In this document: positions 39,857 to 52,719 of the stretch, piece by piece | Position numbering within the stretch: position 1 is the first letter of the stretch | How the letters are laid out: every line of letters starts with the position of its first letter | Assembly (NCBI GenBank): GCA_003693705.1 | Contig: RBZT01000753.1 | Coordinates: 10,336 to 74,335 of the forward strand | Direction of reading: 5' to 3' | Length of the DNA: 64,000 bases | Source of the DNA: Polymyxa betae A26-41 | Lineage: Eukaryota > Protista > Endomyxa: Phytomyxea | The notes under the pieces: model-generated | Told to the model about the DNA's origin: nothing | Database searches by the model: none | Seen by the model: the letters and a program-made list of their open reading frames with translations, nothing else | Translations under genes and position numbers: made by a program

Positions 39857-40249
39857 TTGTAGGTCTGATCCGGTTGCCGGATCTGCACAACACAGCAGGA
39901 ACATTGACGTAAAAAAGAACCAGCTTCTGGGACACGCTGCGTTGGTGCGCCATTGAGTAAGTTTCCCATTTTCAGATAGAACGGTCATTTGGCCAATGCA
40001 ATGCCGATGGATTCGACGCCGAGATGCCCAGATGCTCAGACCTAGAGCGTTTTACTTCCATATGCGTGTGACAATGCAGGGATAGAGACCAGAGCAGGAA
40101 TACTGGCTCCTGGAGAGATCGGGTCTGCCTGTTTCAGTTTGTATTGAATATGCAGGTAATTCCATCATATGAATTAGAAGCTATAATGGAACATGAACAT
40201 AATCGCAATTCTGATAGACTAGGTGTTGGCACTGACCGATGAAGTCGGT

Positions 40250-42490
40250 GAGCGTGTTGAAGAGAGCGGATCGGAGCGAACTCGTGACACATGCTGAGGA
40301 AGGTGCAAAGAGCACCAGCCGCTTTATCTCGTTTAGCTCATGATCGAATCGGTGTTAGGATCGTCATAGATGTCGTGGAAGACGGCGAGCTCACAGCTGG
40401 ATTCGTCCATGATTTCAGCCATCTCTCTTTACAAGAAGACATCTTAAAAAATGCAACGAAACCGATAGCAGAGATCCGTAAAGTGACGGTAGCGAAGAGA
40501 GGGAAATTTCTAAGCTGTTATAAGAGCCATAACAGCAGACGATGACTAAACGAAGATGGCCTGGATATCCTGCTAAATAGGCAATTAAATCTACATAAGG
40601 ATTGCAAATAAAGCAACATTTGAAAAGGAGATGAAAATGTGAAAAAATCCGAGCAGAAGCATTACAAAACGAAGATAGAAACAAAAACGGGCAAACAAAA
40701 GCATAGCAAGGCAAAGGTCACGATTCCAAGCAGCGAGGGTCGGCTTAGGGGAATGCAAAGGCGAATCGAGCAACGTTCCCGCCATTTTGTTGCCCAAGAC
40801 AGAAGAATAGAGCGCTAATGAGCAAAATGGCACAACCGCGTCGATGAAAGCTAAATTGCTTGGCGTGCGGACATGCAGATCAACTAGTAGAGAACCTTCC
40901 CATTGCAAGTATTTAATCACAGTTTCAAATGACGTAACAAGCTAAAGAACAAACTTCTTAAGAAACGAGAAAGAGGATCAGAACTGAGAAATCTGAAGCG
41001 GATTTTGCAGAAAACAAAAAAATGGTTTCGATACAAGCTTGGCAATACAGCTAATTAAGCTGATGGAAGAACTTTTAATCAGTGATTGTGATCGGAGTTT
41101 AGCAATTCAATGTCGCTCCAGCCCTCTCCACAATATCAGCAATCCTGTTCCCGTCCCATCGATCACCATCTGCAGATGATTCTGGCTCGGAGCCCATAAC
41201 AGCTGAGCTCACGCTCAAAAGACCTGCAGAACTTCCCGTTGCTCTATCAATGTATTACTCGACATCTACAAGAACACATTCAATAAACACAAAAAGGTCT
41301 CCGGCTATGTGACGCGTCTCAGACCTCGTCCAAGGCGGCTGTCGTCCACACATCCTTTGTGCTTCTGGCCGAGGATTGCGATTCCTTTGAATTGAAACGC
41401 TGATGACGATGTAGGTCGTTGCGAATGTTGATGATGCGCTGGCCGTCCATAATCTGGGAGATGCGCACGAGATCGTCCACCTTCGAAATTCAGGCCTGCA
41501 TTTGAAAACAGATAGAATCGCTGTCAGAGCGTCATGGTAATGTAACTTTGGAATAAAAACGGCTTCCGGAACCCTAAAATTATCGACATTAATAAGGAGC
41601 TCTCTATCAAACAACAAACAGAAGGCGCTCTGTTCACAAAACCAAATAAGACTTGTATGACAAAAACAAGCTCTCAATACAGAAACAATAGAAGATTCTG
41701 AAAAAACAAAGATATGACCATTGTTAGAGATGCAATAGAATGGTCTTTAAGGATGCTACTGAAAAAGATTTCGAAAAAGTTTATAAAACCCCCTATAGAA
41801 AAGAAATCTTTTGTATGGATTATAGAAGTGACGGGAGCTTTGCAGATTGGGCTTTTACAAATTTCTGCAGCTCTTGAATACATGATTGACGGAACACGAG
41901 CCCAAACCAAATGTTGGACGTCAGGGCATGCTGGAAACAGTGGACACGTTGCCAAGGATTTGATCGCGGCTCGATGACCAGGCCTGGACTCGGAATAGCC
42001 ATAGTCGTAGAAACAGCGACGAGAACATCCATGATAGAGCATTGCAGAGGCTCTGACCAATTACAATGGGACTTATGAGCCAGATGAATACCACCAGAAA
42101 CGTCACCAATGATCCCAGAAACACAGAAAGAGAAGCAAATTTAAGCGATGTATGATGGCAGAAGCGCCTTGCGAGGATCCATTCCACAGCGGACGTGATA
42201 TCACGAAGAGCAGAATAAACCCGATCGCATTCAATCCCAAAACGATGTGCTCGATGGCGTTGTAGCATCGCGTCAGCTGATATTTGGACACCCAGCCTGC
42301 CAATGTATCGTCGGGCTTAGCTCGTAATTGGTCGTTGGTCAGCATCCAATTCCATGCGATCCATCCAACGTTCACGATGATGCCCTGTAGTACAACGACC
42401 CAAGCCAAGCGCTTCAAGCCTGTGAAACTCGGTCTCTCGACCAATCTGGTCGCCGTGTTTGCCATGACCGCTTCAGCTTGTGAAATCAAG
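40250..42490 (-). pseudogene. Disrupted multi-TM membrane protein gene(s) of unknown family
   Basis: Overlapping hydrophobic ORFs (42103, 41921, 41674, 40591) with frameshifts and stops. Confidence 0.35.
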
Positions 42491-43477
42491 TCCGAGAGCC
42501 CGAGGGTCGTAGCGCAATTCTCGCAGCAGCACCATTAGCTCCGATGGCTCTTGACTGCTCCCAATTGCTCCGCTTTAAGTATCCTTGGCCCTAGTTGGGC
42601 CCTCTTTATTACGACAAATCGCTTCAACAATGAATGCATCGTGAGACAGGAGAAGTTCGGATACACAATCAAGGCCTGTTTAGCATCAGGGGACAATATG
42701 ACAGTCAAGTGATGGAGCCAATCGTAATGGGCACTCTGCTGGCTATTGTGGTTCTAGGTGCTATTGCGACTGTAGGCCCAGCAGGTGTCGGCGCAGCAGC
42801 CAAATGGTTTTGCTAGATTAATACAGCTTGCGAATATGGCCATTATTGTAATGGCGCCACGATTCAGTGCATCGCTAACAGCATTGACAAGCGTTGAGGT
42901 CCGTCGCGTTTATTCTGATGGTTCTACTTGGATACGTCTACAGTCTTATTGTAAAGATTCAATAGGTAGTTGAAAGGGGTGCTCGTGCAATATTTCTTGC
43001 TGATAGTGGATGGAGACAATAAATGTTTTCGCGTTTTGTCTGGCTAAACAGGTTCAGCTTCTGATGCAGGAGTTTTCAACAACGCGCGATTGCAACAATA
43101 AATGAAGTCCGGGTGACAGATTGTGGCTATATAATGTCCCAAGGAGTTGTTCCTTATCAAGGGAAGAGATCTCAATCATAGCAATGAGCTGGCAACGCCT
43201 GCTGGTCAGTTCCCAGTACGGTCGGTTTCCGAGAATATTTTGATTTCGGTATCTACGAGCATGACCCAAACTACAGGGACTCTGGTTGCCGTTGGTAGCA
43301 AGCCCAGAGCTTGATCAACGCCACTGGTCAATCTATGCGAGGCCTTCTGTGAGAACCACACTGACCAATCACCAAATACGACGTGGTTTGCTATAAATAG
43401 CCCCATGCGGACGTTTTTCCGAAGTTTGTAACGAGAGAGACGCAGCCCCTGTGTAGGGTCGGAAGACGGTAATCAGG

Positions 43478-43525
43478 CCCCATGACCCCGCCGCCCCATG
43501 ACCCCGCCACCCCATGACCCCGCCG
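43478..43525 (+). repeat. 3x16-bp tandem repeat CCCCATGACCCCGCC(G/A) just upstream of the OAT start
   Basis: Direct reading of the sequence. Confidence 0.85.
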
Positions 43526-43560
43526 CATCCCACCTGATTCCTCATTAGTCGCTATATACA

Positions 43561-46359
43561 ATGGCGACCGCGATCTTGTCGCTTGCGCTTCTCGGGGTGA
43601 CGTCGGCCATTGGTATTATTGGTCTCGGCACGACGCTGCCGCTGTCGCCTTGCTCGATGCTGGCACCGGCGTCGATGGGGCGCCGTGGCCTTGAGCTAAG
43701 CTCTGTCTCCCTGCACAACCGGCCTATGCCGAAGCTGCTTCGAATGGTCCCTCAACACCTATCTATGACGAAAATGCATCGAATTCAGGCCATGGCACAT
43801 TGCGTATACAATCGCTGATATCTCCTCTTTCGTTTTTGTGATATATTTTGTCATAGAACGTTGAAGAAAGCAAAGACAATCTGCTTAAGATTAGTATTAT
43901 TCAGGTCACATTTTTCTGCCTTTTTTCTTAGTCTCTTTTATTGCATTGTTTTCTTAGAGAGCACGCTCACAGATTTTAAGCGAATTGTTTTCAAAATCAT
44001 CGACGTTCTAAGATCGCTGTTTTCCTGCGTTTCCTGCAATTTTGTTTCCTATTTCCTTTCTCGCTCATCTCGCGTTTGGATTGGTATTGAATCTTGTTAC
44101 TGCAGGCGTCGAGCAAGCGAATTCCTTCACAGGAGGAGGCGGCGAACACCGCCTCCATCATCGAGCACGGTAGACACTGAGCTCTATCGCCGTCGCCCGC
44201 AATTCCATTAACATCGGCCGATAGAAAACCGATTCGTGGCTCAGAACTACGCGCCGCTGCCGATTGTGTTCTCGCGCGGCTCCAGTGTCTGGCTCTGGGA
44301 CGTCAATGAGCGCCAGTACCTGGACTTGCTCGGCGCCTATAGCGTTGTCAGCCAGGGTCATAGCCACCCTCGTATCCTCTACGCTCTCGTTAATCAGGCT
44401 CTTCGACTGGCAACATGCAGCCGCGCTATTCATAACGACCAACTTTCCGGGTGAGAATCGTCATTTTTTGTTGTTTGAATTTTTCGGACTCGTTTCTTAT
44501 ATTTTTCTCTGCTCTTGGTCTCATACGCCTTCATCCAGGTTTGCGGAATATATCACGAGTCTTCTTGGTTATGATCGGGTCTTAGTAATGAACACCGGAG
44601 CGGAAGCGTTCGATACGGGTAATGTTATCCATCTTCATGACAGGGAGGATTTCCTCACGAGCTTTGTTCAGCGCTGAAACTGTCGCGCCGTTGGGGATAT
44701 GCTGTTAAAGGTGTTGAGCAGGATCATGCAAAAGTCGTCGTCCTCCAAGGCAACTTTCACGGACGTACACTGGGGGCGATCGCGGCGTCGGATGCGTCAA
44801 GCAGCGATGGGTTCGGACCTCACCTTCCCGGATTCATTAAGGTTCCTTTCAACGACGTAGACGCCCTCGAAGATGCCTTCAAAGATAAGTCCGTCGTCGC
44901 TTTCATCTTCGAACCAATTCAGGTCTGTCGTCTTGCCATTCCCTCTTCTCCTCCGCTTTGCTCTTTTCTTCATATTCGAACTTGGTTGTCCATCTTGAAG
45001 AACTACACGTTTGCTGTTGTAACATTACCGATACAATAGATGCTGAAAACAAAATATTTTTCCTTTTATCGTTCGCTCGTCTTTTCATCATCTTTTTTGT
45101 TAGCGCAATGATTTTCCACAATGAACCATTTGCCAAGTTGCTTGATTTTGCACGGAAATTTGACATTACGTTTGGAGGACAATTTCATTTCAGTTCGTAT
45201 CATTTGCGTCCCCGTCCTGCTTTATAACGCATTCTAATTTTGGTCTTTGAGCTGCAACCGCGCCATTTTCCCTGACTTGTGTCAATGTAGGGCGAAGCTG
45301 GAGTTCGCATTCCTTCCGACGGATACCTTCAAACAGTTCGTCAACTTTGCAACAAGTACAATGTCCTGTTTGTTGCCGATGAAGTAAGGCAGACCGTTGC
45401 TGTTTTTCGCCGATTGTTGCTTTGAGGCGATCGCTCGACCCCCGAAAATCCATTGCAAATCTGTGTACTGACTGTGTCTTCATTCAGGTCCAGACGGGTC
45501 TAGGCCGAACCGGTCGCATGTTGGCCTGCGATCACGAAGGCGTTCGTCCCGACGTTGTTATGCTTGGTGATGGCGCTGGCTCCCGATCCGCACAAACTCT
45601 GACCTGTTCGCAGCCAAAGCGCTCTCCGGCGGCATGATGCCGATCAGCGCCGTCCTGGCCGACGACGACATCATGCTCAACATCAAGCCTGGCCAGCACG
45701 GATCGACGTTCGGCGGCAATGGGATTGCGTCGGCCGTGGCGCTCGAATCTCTCAAAGTGATCGTCGAAGAAGATTTGGTGTCACGATCTGCCAAATTGGG
45801 AGAAGTTCGTACAGATTTCTTCCAATCGCGTTCCCCTCTGAATCGGCTGTTTGTTGATCTACTTGTTCGCCCTACGGACCTTGTTGTCTTAGGCAAATTC
45901 ACGACGATCTGATTTTATTGGGGACATGGTCTTGAATCGACCTTCTCCTGGGTTTCTTTTTTCAGAACATGTTTCTGAGTTTTGATGAGCTTTTGGCGTC
46001 TCTTAAATCCAGATTTATCTTAAGTCGTTTCGGATCCCTCTCTATTTTCGCTTCTTCATTCACTCTTCTCTAACTCGGGCTCTCTTTCGCAGTTCTTCCT
46101 GGAAGGCCTTCGCAAGATCAACTCGCCGTACATCAAGAACATTCGCGGCCGCGGCCTGTTCCTCGCCTTCGATGTTGAGCCGAAAGGCAACCGTTCCGCA
46201 AGGAACATCGTGATGTCTGCCCTTGAACGTGGCGTCTTGTTCAAGGAAACGCACAGTCATACAATTCGCTTGGCACCGCCTTTCATCATCACTGAAGACG
46301 AGATTCGTTTCGCCCTTGATGTCATTCAACAAGCAATTGACGAATATGGGTCTGATTGA
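43561..46359 (+). CDS. OAT: Ornithine aminotransferase (class III PLP enzyme) with an N-terminal extension, multi-exon
   Basis: [91 protein letters not shown]; exon 1 43561-43803 joins in phase at 44106. Confidence 0.9.
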
Positions 46360-46879
46360 TCTCATGTCGTTTAATCTGCGAGAAGCTGAGTAATGATATT
46401 AATAAACCTGCTGCCTATCGGGGTGCCAACCAATGCCACAGAATAATTCCATACTGCATTACATAAAGATCTCAGTCGAACCATGTTGCAGCTGCTGTGC
46501 TCGCTGACCAGTCTCTTTAGGCGGTATTCCGAGCCCCTGCACGAACAGCTTGAGATTTCACCTCGTACATGTGTGCGCCACCTCTCCGGCCTCTCCTCGT
46601 ACTGTCTTTCCAAGTTCTCGATGTTATCTACCATGGACTTGTGGTCTTACACTAGACGATTCCCGACCTAATACAGATGAGGAAATTCTACAGGCCTTTC
46701 ACGTATGGTGAGGAATTGTGGCTCATGGGGTGCTTGATGAGATTTTTTCCTGCGACCGTTAATTGTCTTCATTGGGACGCGTCGCATGTCCCATTATTTG
46801 GCGAGATGAGCGCGGCGCCGAATTCGAACTCGACGAGAACGGCGTTGATCTGGGCCCACAAGGAAACCATATGACGCAG

Positions 46880-47230
46880 AGCAGTGTTGATAACTGTCCC
46901 GGTCCTCTTAAATAACTCCATCCATCTTGGTAAAGACTTTCACAGCGACCCTCTTTATATCCTCAGACGGAAAAATGCTTCCTCCTCATGTTCTGTTTTT
47001 GAAACTGAAAATGAAACCTCCGGTTGCGGATGGGATTATTTGGGATGTGAATACTACAGGTATGATCAATGATGTGATTTTGAGAAATTCATCAAAGAGA
47101 CTGTGTTGAAGCGAACGTCTATTTTACTGTGGAGGGAGCCTAAACTATATTCAATCGACTCGTATATGGGGTGCATGTGACCGTTGGCTCAGTAAAAAAG
47201 AGCTTGAGAAAATGAATGTGTTTGTCAGTT
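46880..47230 (+). mobile_element. pogo/CENP-B-type (DDE_1) transposase fragment
   Basis: FTATLFISSDGKMLPPHVLF...W.VNTTGMIN. Confidence 0.6.
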
Positions 47231-47239
47231 TATTCCAAG

Positions 47240-48031
47240 CGAAAACTCTTTCCAGGATTTCTCACAAGCTTTGAGCCAATCACCTGCATTTTGCTGAAGT
47301 GACGAACGCTTACCCTGAATTGAGCGAAATTCTGGGCAAGGATTACATTGCAGGAATGGTACAAGTCTCTACTGCTCCAGCCCTCCCCAAGCCAAAACCG
47401 GGAGAATATCGCCCGATCAGCCTGCTTTCGAATCACCGAGTTCATAATACAAACTCGAATCCGAGACATAATCAACAAAAAACTGCCACGAAACCAGTTC
47501 GAATGCCGTACAGGACACTCAACCTCACACGCTCTCATACGCCTAATACACTACTGCGGTACAAGCGCGGCCAAAAATGAACAATTCGGATGCATATTTC
47601 ACGATTTCACAAAAGCGTATGACAGAGTTCCTAAACACATATTAGTCAAAAAAATGATAAAATTTGGCATCCCACCTCAACTAATACTGATAATTTATGA
47701 CTGGTTATGCTAAAGAACTTTCAAGGTAATACATAAAAACGCCCTATCTCAAATCCGAGAACAAAAAAACGGCGTCCCTCAAGGATCCAGCCTCAGTGGT
47801 CTACTATGGCTAATATTCGTATACGATATGCCGCTCCCAGCAACCAATTCGAATATTTACGTAGACGACACAGTTGGCTGGGTTTCTGCGCCCACAAAAG
47901 ACGAAGTTACAGAAGGTTTAACACCACAACTCCTAGATATGGAAGCATGGTGTCTACAGAACAAAATCAACACCGATAAAACTTGCGTAATGTTTCAACG
48001 AAAGTCATCCATCCGATCAGATCCGTACTAG
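47240..48031 (+). mobile_element. Non-LTR retrotransposon reverse transcriptase fragment (degenerate)
   Basis: PKPGEYRPISLLS, QFECRTGHST, DFTKAYDRV, GVPQGSSLS, YVDD. Confidence 0.85.
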
Positions 48032-48359
48032 ACGAGGGACCATTAAAACAATGCCCTCCATTAAATAATGCTCCAGCCCAGCTTGAATTTTTCAGCGTCA
48101 TTGTCGCTCTGTCTGTGAGTATTACAGGATTGCGCACGCGCTCCCGAGTCAGATCTAAACCTGAAGTTTTTGCTTCGGAAAGCGAGCCGAATTGACCAAC
48201 AAGCTCAATTGGCGATCGACATCCTACAAGGACGCGATGGAATCTGACGGACCTCAATACAGGCAGAAAACTATGCAAAAAGAATACCATTCTCTACTGC
48301 GTAACGGAACATGGACTTTATGACAACTACCTGAATGCCGCACTGCTATCAAATCAAAG

Positions 48360-49260
48360 TGAATCTTCAAACTTAAGACCAATGAGGACGGCAGCGTGCT
48401 GCGCTACAAAGCTCGACTTGTAGCACAAGGTTTTTCCCAGCGCTAAGGCAACGATTACGACGACACTTTTTTTCTTCTGTTGCTTCATTAACAACAATTC
48501 GAAGATCGATCAGTTTGAAGGCGGTGGGATATATCGTTCATCATGCTGACGTCGACACTGCGCATCTCAACGCGGACTTGGACACAGAGATCTTTGTCAC
48601 TCAGCCTCTCGGATTCGAATCTCAGAATCTTGAAGGTGCCCAACTTGTTTGACGGACTTAAGCAGGCGGGCTTTGCTTGGTACCGTCATCTTTGCAAAAT
48701 TCTAGTCTCGACCCAGGTCTGGTGACCTGGGTCCCGATCACGCTTCACTTCCGATTGCTCTTGTACAAGACAATGCAGCAATATCATATCAATGATCGAT
48801 GCCATCGAGCCTGGCGCCGTCGTCGCCGAAAAGCCGATTGTGGACGTGATTGGCAGCAACGCTATCGCAGAGCTGCATGAACATCCTTGGCAGAAGGTCC
48901 AGATGGCCTTCGTGCCAGGGATAAAATGGTTTCAGCATGAGACATGCTTATTCGGCTCTGGGCCAGTGGAATTCAAAGTCGACATCGATTGGTGGAAGCT
49001 TGGTTATCAGCCAGAGCCACATCATAGCCTTTTCAACTTCGTTAAGCGTGAGATTGACGTCGATATCAAAGTGTTTCTTAGGGCACCACTTGTGGCCAAG
49101 TCTTGCGTGACAGCAATCACGGCGGTGGTGACGTTAGACGCCTCTCTTCACTAGCAGGAATCAAGTATCGTGAAGCAATCGGCTGTTTACTTTGTATCGC
49201 CAACAGTACTCGTCCTGACGTTGCACAAGCTGTTCACTATGCTGCTCGATTTGTTCGAGG
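48360..49260 (+). mobile_element. Ty1/Copia reverse transcriptase fragments
   Basis: RYKARLVAQGFSQ, DVDTAHLNA, GLKQAGFAWY, YREAIGCLL...TRPDVAQAV. Confidence 0.8.
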
Positions 49261-49289
49261 TTTTCTTGAATCCCGAAGTTTGAACTACC

Positions 49290-50060
49290 TAGGACTGGCT
49301 GTAATTCTGGAGGAGCCCCCATCACTTCAGGATTTAGTTACCTGTATAAACGAATAAACAGTCGCGTCCGCAACCTTAGCATTCTCCTTCTTCTTATGAG
49401 GATTCATTTCCGATTGTTTCTTCCAGCACTTATCCTCCACATGCCCGCGTCAGCGACAATGATTGCATGTAGGAACGTTCGCTCCTGCTTTCAGGCAGAA
49501 CCCGACTCTGAAGCGTACCAAGAGTTAAGCTCGGTTGTGAATGAAGAACAGCAATAATCTCGGGAAACCGATGAGCAGTATTAGCCATAATGGTGTCAAT
49601 AAGATAATCATCGTCAAGTTTCTTTTCGGTTGATGAAACCATCTCAATCAAACGCTTCTTTTCGAGAACAAAAGCATCAATTGATTTTGAATGAGATATT
49701 TAACACCCCAAAATGCTGTTTTGGCTTCAGCAGCTCTCAAACGAGACGGTTTTCCATAACGTTCGGCAAGAGCACTTATGAGATTGTGGCAGAGATCGAT
49801 ATCAGCGAATTGGGAGCAAACTGTGGGCTCCATTGTCAGCAAAAGGATCGCCGCTAGCTGTTTTGACGTCTCCGTTTCTGAAGTGCCGTTACTGGACGAC
49901 GATGAAGGAGCTGTGGTCAGAAACGTCTTAATTCTATTCGACTATGCGTGTAGCTGGATTGCGGACAGCCACTCATGGTAGTTGCTATCATCTCGCAAAT
50001 GGGGTTTGACGTGCCCGGCGATCTTGACCGGGTCTGGAAGCTTCACTGGGCCCATAACCA
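49290..50060 (-). mobile_element. Ty1/Copia 5' fragment: PBS and degenerate gag
   Basis: GGTTATGGGCCCAG at 50059-50046 (minus), followed by gag/UBN2-like LISALAERYG...DDYLIDTIMAN. Confidence 0.65.
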
Positions 50061-50420
50061 ATTCGAAGGTTAAGGGACGATTAAAGAAGACAACCTTTCA
50101 ATTAAGAGTATTTTATTTTTGCGTGATGCCGGCAAAACAACGGCCGGCCTTGTTGCCAACACAAGGGAAGTTGGTGTTGATTATATAATAAGTTGATTGG
50201 GATATTTTGATGGCTTAAAGACTGGAACAATTTTTTTGTTCGTAAGATCAGAATGTCGAGTGAATCCAGCGCTTCACTCGAACGATTTGATGACAATTGT
50301 GGTGCTGGCCCTATCGTTCCTGTATGAGGTATCCTCAGCTAGGAAATTCATGTGCAGAATCGTGGATATTCAAGTGGAAATTTGCATTCGCTCAATAGTT
50401 CGAGAATGTTAGACTCAATA

Positions 50421-50715
50421 AGGGCCCGTACCTAAGCTCAGTATTCCAGAATCAAAAGTGACGGCTGGAATTCACATTCGAATTCTTGCTGGAATACAAA
50501 CAGAATTCTCGCTGGAATTTAAATCGTTTCAAGGATACTGGAATTCTGGCGGCAATGCCCACTCAGAAGTCCTGAATCAGAGCTGTAGCTGGAATTCCAG
50601 TAATTGAATTAATAAGAATTATGACTCGAATTCCAGTAATAGAATACTAGCTGGAGTACCATATACTATACGAATACTGGAATTCTGGTCGCGCTTTCAT
50701 TCCGAAATCCAGTAT
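50421..50715. repeat. Cluster of CTGGAAT/ATTCCAG/GAATTC repeats; probable DNA-transposon subterminal region
   Basis: About 10 copies in both orientations within 300 bp. Confidence 0.45.
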
Positions 50716-52719
50716 CAGAAGGCGAAGGAAAGTGACGAAATGTGAAGAATGGCGAAGGGAGGCGCAATTCCTGGCCCACGCCATCATAGTACACTAGAGC
50801 AGTCATCCATATAATCGCGAGCTCAAGACGATTTTACAGGAAACGTTTTTCGTGGAGTCGTCGCTGATCTTGAGGTGCGCTATTCTGAGGGTTGGAAGAT
50901 AGCTAAGCTGCAAAGATGAAACTCACGGATTAGGTTATGATCTTTCCAATGATGCATAATTCTATATAGATATAGAGTCAATTTATCAGACCACCCAAAG
51001 GTATCAACCCCAATACCAATACTTGATGCAATCTCGAGATTCCTTCGTGAGCTGATAAAATTATCACCAATTCTACACTGACAGTATTACAAGTTAGAGC
51101 GCAGGGAAATGTATTGGGAGATAATAATTCGAAAGGGAACAAAGCAGGAGTAGCTTTCTCTAATTTTGCAAGGAAAAAGNNAAATTTTGAAGTTCAACAA
51201 AAAACATTTGAAGATCTCTAATTTTTAGTAACTAAACGGACCTGGGTTTACTTAATAATAGGACAGGCAGGACAGGTGGAAAGGTGATTTAGGGCGACGA
51301 TAACTGCCGAGGGTTTGGCAGCAGATTCAGGTCGCAGGGACACGACAAGAACAGGTGCGCTTCTGGATGTCGCGGCAACTTTGCTTTGACGTCGCGGCCG
51401 ACGGGACGACAATGTCAAGTAGACAGATGAACTTCTTTTGGTAAAGCCAGACACGTCTTACAAGAAAAAGCGAAACGGTGTAGGATTCATCCTGGTTATG
51501 GCGGAAACAATCGTCATGGAGCTGTATGCCGGCATGTAGTTGCTGCGGCAAGAAGAATACGACTGCTTTGATGACATTTTAATGAAACACAGCGAGCGTC
51601 TATAATCTCTTTTCAAGAAAAAAAAAGTATAACAAGATGCATTATTGTGGCAGTAATTAGAACAAATTATCTCGATTGTATATTGTTACAAAAGATAAAT
51701 CATGCAACAGCGTATGAACAGCAAATCAGCATTGAACAGAGAGCAACGACTTCGTCCTCAATCCCCTCATAGTGAAGACGAAAAAGGTCGTCCAAAGCAG
51801 AAACGGACCCGCGAGAAAAACGTTGCAGAACTTCTGCCGAAGATCAAAACACGAAAATATGCAGGGCCTGGTCCAGTACAACAAAGCCATAATCAGGCGG
51901 TTAGCAGCCTTGAATAATTTACACATCAATTCTTTTGGCAAAATGGCGTGATTATTCAAATCTGAATATGGCAGCTCGATTAGCAACCTCGAAAAAATTG
52001 ATTCTTATGAATATAGTTAGCGGCCTCGTATTACAAATTCAAGTTTCGCAATCGTGCAAATCATCCATTTTTAAAGAAACACCAAATCTCAATCACTGAG
52101 CAGAACATTCTGTCTATGACGGCTGTGTCATGATGGTGTGATGCACGGGGGTGAAAGGGTTCACAGCACGGTCGTTCAATTGTAATAAATTTCATACTGA
52201 GCAACTCTCAGTTATCAACTATAAAATTCAAGAATTGGTCACTGGTTACGAACAGGCATAATATCTGTTCGTTCTCCATTGAAGAGCCTGACAGAAAAGA
52301 CGAATGTGCGGACGTAGAACGAAACAATAAATTTCGAGCTTTTGTATCATCAGATTTGGATCTGGTTTCAGGAGAATATCGAAATATGGAAATATCTGCA
52401 AAACTCTGTATTACTGAATAGATTATATCAAATAAGAAGGGATTGGGCGCAGATATGATGATAAGTCAGTACGACATGTCGGACAGGTGCCAGAATTATC
52501 ACGGATCCACGTCAGCAGGCAGATAGCGTGATATCTCTGTTTGCATTTACACTTAGGTATGGCATCTTGTGAGGTCATCGGCTCCAGACAGATAGGACAG
52601 TCCTCACCCTATCAGCAGATCGTGTTATTAGAGCAAGACGGATTCAAAACTGAAAAAATCGAGTTGAACCGTCGTTGATGAAAACAAGGTGCCAAGTTGA
52701 ATCAATGACAGTTATGAGA

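Noticed and set aside
50419-52570. Possible Harbinger-like TIR pair (GGGCCCGTACCTAAG vs reverse complement of CTTAGGTATGGCATC)
   Set aside because: Match is too degenerate, no TSD, and an NN gap at 51180-51181 lies between them
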